From positions 143,034,001 through 143,098,000 of the forward strand of contig OZ024740.1 of NCBI GenBank assembly GCA_964016885.1: a DNA stretch of 64,000 nucleotides, given 5' to 3'. Below, piece after piece: positions 62,865-64,000 of the stretch. Position numbers and translations under genes: made by a program. Source of the stretch: Eledone cirrhosa. Its lineage: Eukaryota. Positions within the stretch are counted from its first letter, which is position 1. Every line of letters starts with the position of its first letter. The notes below the pieces were generated by a model. It saw only the letters and a program-made list of their open reading frames with translations. It made no database searches and was not told the DNA's origin.

Positions 62865-63647
62865 TTAACATTTTCACCCTTCTTATACATATCCAACTAG
62901 TTTTTTACTACCACATATTTCTGGCTACGTATACTCTGTATATGAGTGTGTGTGTGTATACCAGTGTATAAGTTAGCCCATATAGTTAGTGTAGCAAATA
63001 TTTCTTTTATTCATTCATCTATTTATTTATATTCATTCCACACACTACTCACAACCCCTAATCACTTTTTTTCCAGTAAAAAATAACCCTTTAAGAATAT
63101 AGATAGTTTACATACTAAACAGACCACAGAAAATATTAGACCCTCCACATACCAAAGCTTCATCCTTAATTTACTGTTGTTTATTTTCTTTTATTACTCT
63201 TTGACAAACCTGTGACCAATGGAACCCCCCCCCCTCCTTCCTTAGTACCACACTACATATACACCATAATGTCTATGAAACAGCCAAAACAATACAACTC
63301 CGCAACTCACAACAACCATCGCTCCGCACCACCACCACCTCTTCATTATAATCCTTCCCTCCACCTATCACACACACCAAAACATTCCTTATAGTAAAAC
63401 CACCAATCAAAATAAACATTAATTGACCACCATAAATGAATGTAAATCACTATAGACCTTTCTAAGCCCTACAGGTTCATTCTGTCATTTCCACAGCAGT
63501 GGTCCAATGAACTTTTGATTCCAGAATCAGGCCAGATCGATACAGATCAAACTTTGAGCTGATCAATAGCGAAACACGTGTCACTACTCAATAAACGTAA
63601 TGAAGACATAACAAATCATCCTTTTTATTATTATTATTATAATTATT

Positions 63648-63830
63648 GGGGCGGTGGATTGGCAGTATCGGTAGAGGGTCGGACGCCATGCTTTGACGTA
63701 TAGAGTTACGGCCCTTGCCATTCTGAGTTCAAATCCCGCCGAGGTTAACTTTGCCTTTCATCCTTACAGGGTCAATAAAATAAAGTACCAGTAATGCACT
63801 GGGTAATTGCTGGCCTTGTGCCAAAAGTAG
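63648..63830 (+). mobile_element. tRNA-derived SINE, second family (common octopus-type)
   Basis: GGCGGTGGATTGGCAG.ATCGGTAG head, GAGTTCAAATCCC B-box, GCCTTTCATCCTT..GGGTC.ATAAAATAAAGTACCAGT body. Confidence 0.75.
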
Positions 63831-63897
63831 AAACAATTATTATAATTATTATAAAGAAAGAAGGAAACCATTATTATTATACACACACACACACATA

Positions 63898-63938
<41 letters not shown>

Positions 63939-64000
63939 TATATATATATAAACAATGAGTTAAAGACTTAGTTGATATGTAATCAACTGACTTATGTGTA

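Overview
Eukaryotic, repeat-dominated genomic DNA, not prokaryotic. The (TA)n/(TG)n/(ATG)n microsatellites and the SINE types resemble octopus/coleoid cephalopod sequence; the organism call is inference. Only one host coding exon is recognisable: the terminal exon (33638-34018, +) of the golgin CASP, the C-terminal-transmembrane splice form of the CUX1/cut locus. The rest is a nested stack of decayed mobile DNA: many RTE-clade LINE copies from several families (one near full length, APE+RT), two CR1-group LINE pieces, tRNA-derived SINEs sharing an RTE 3' tail, two RepHel Helitrons plus non-autonomous Helitrons, and a long-TIR element. Highlights: a 2.3-kb inverted repeat with a hammerhead-ribozyme motif (U3-A8 covariant core) in each arm, one of several fold-back insertions with outward-facing 3' ends; a precise head-to-tail Helitron junction; a roughly 60-copy 27-bp array of the NRF1-type palindrome GCGCATGCGC; RTE/SINE insertions that nearly always sit in (TA)n; and three hairpins just downstream of the CASP stop codon. 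Element boundaries were read by eye and may be off by a few bases. Family labels A-F are my own working names.
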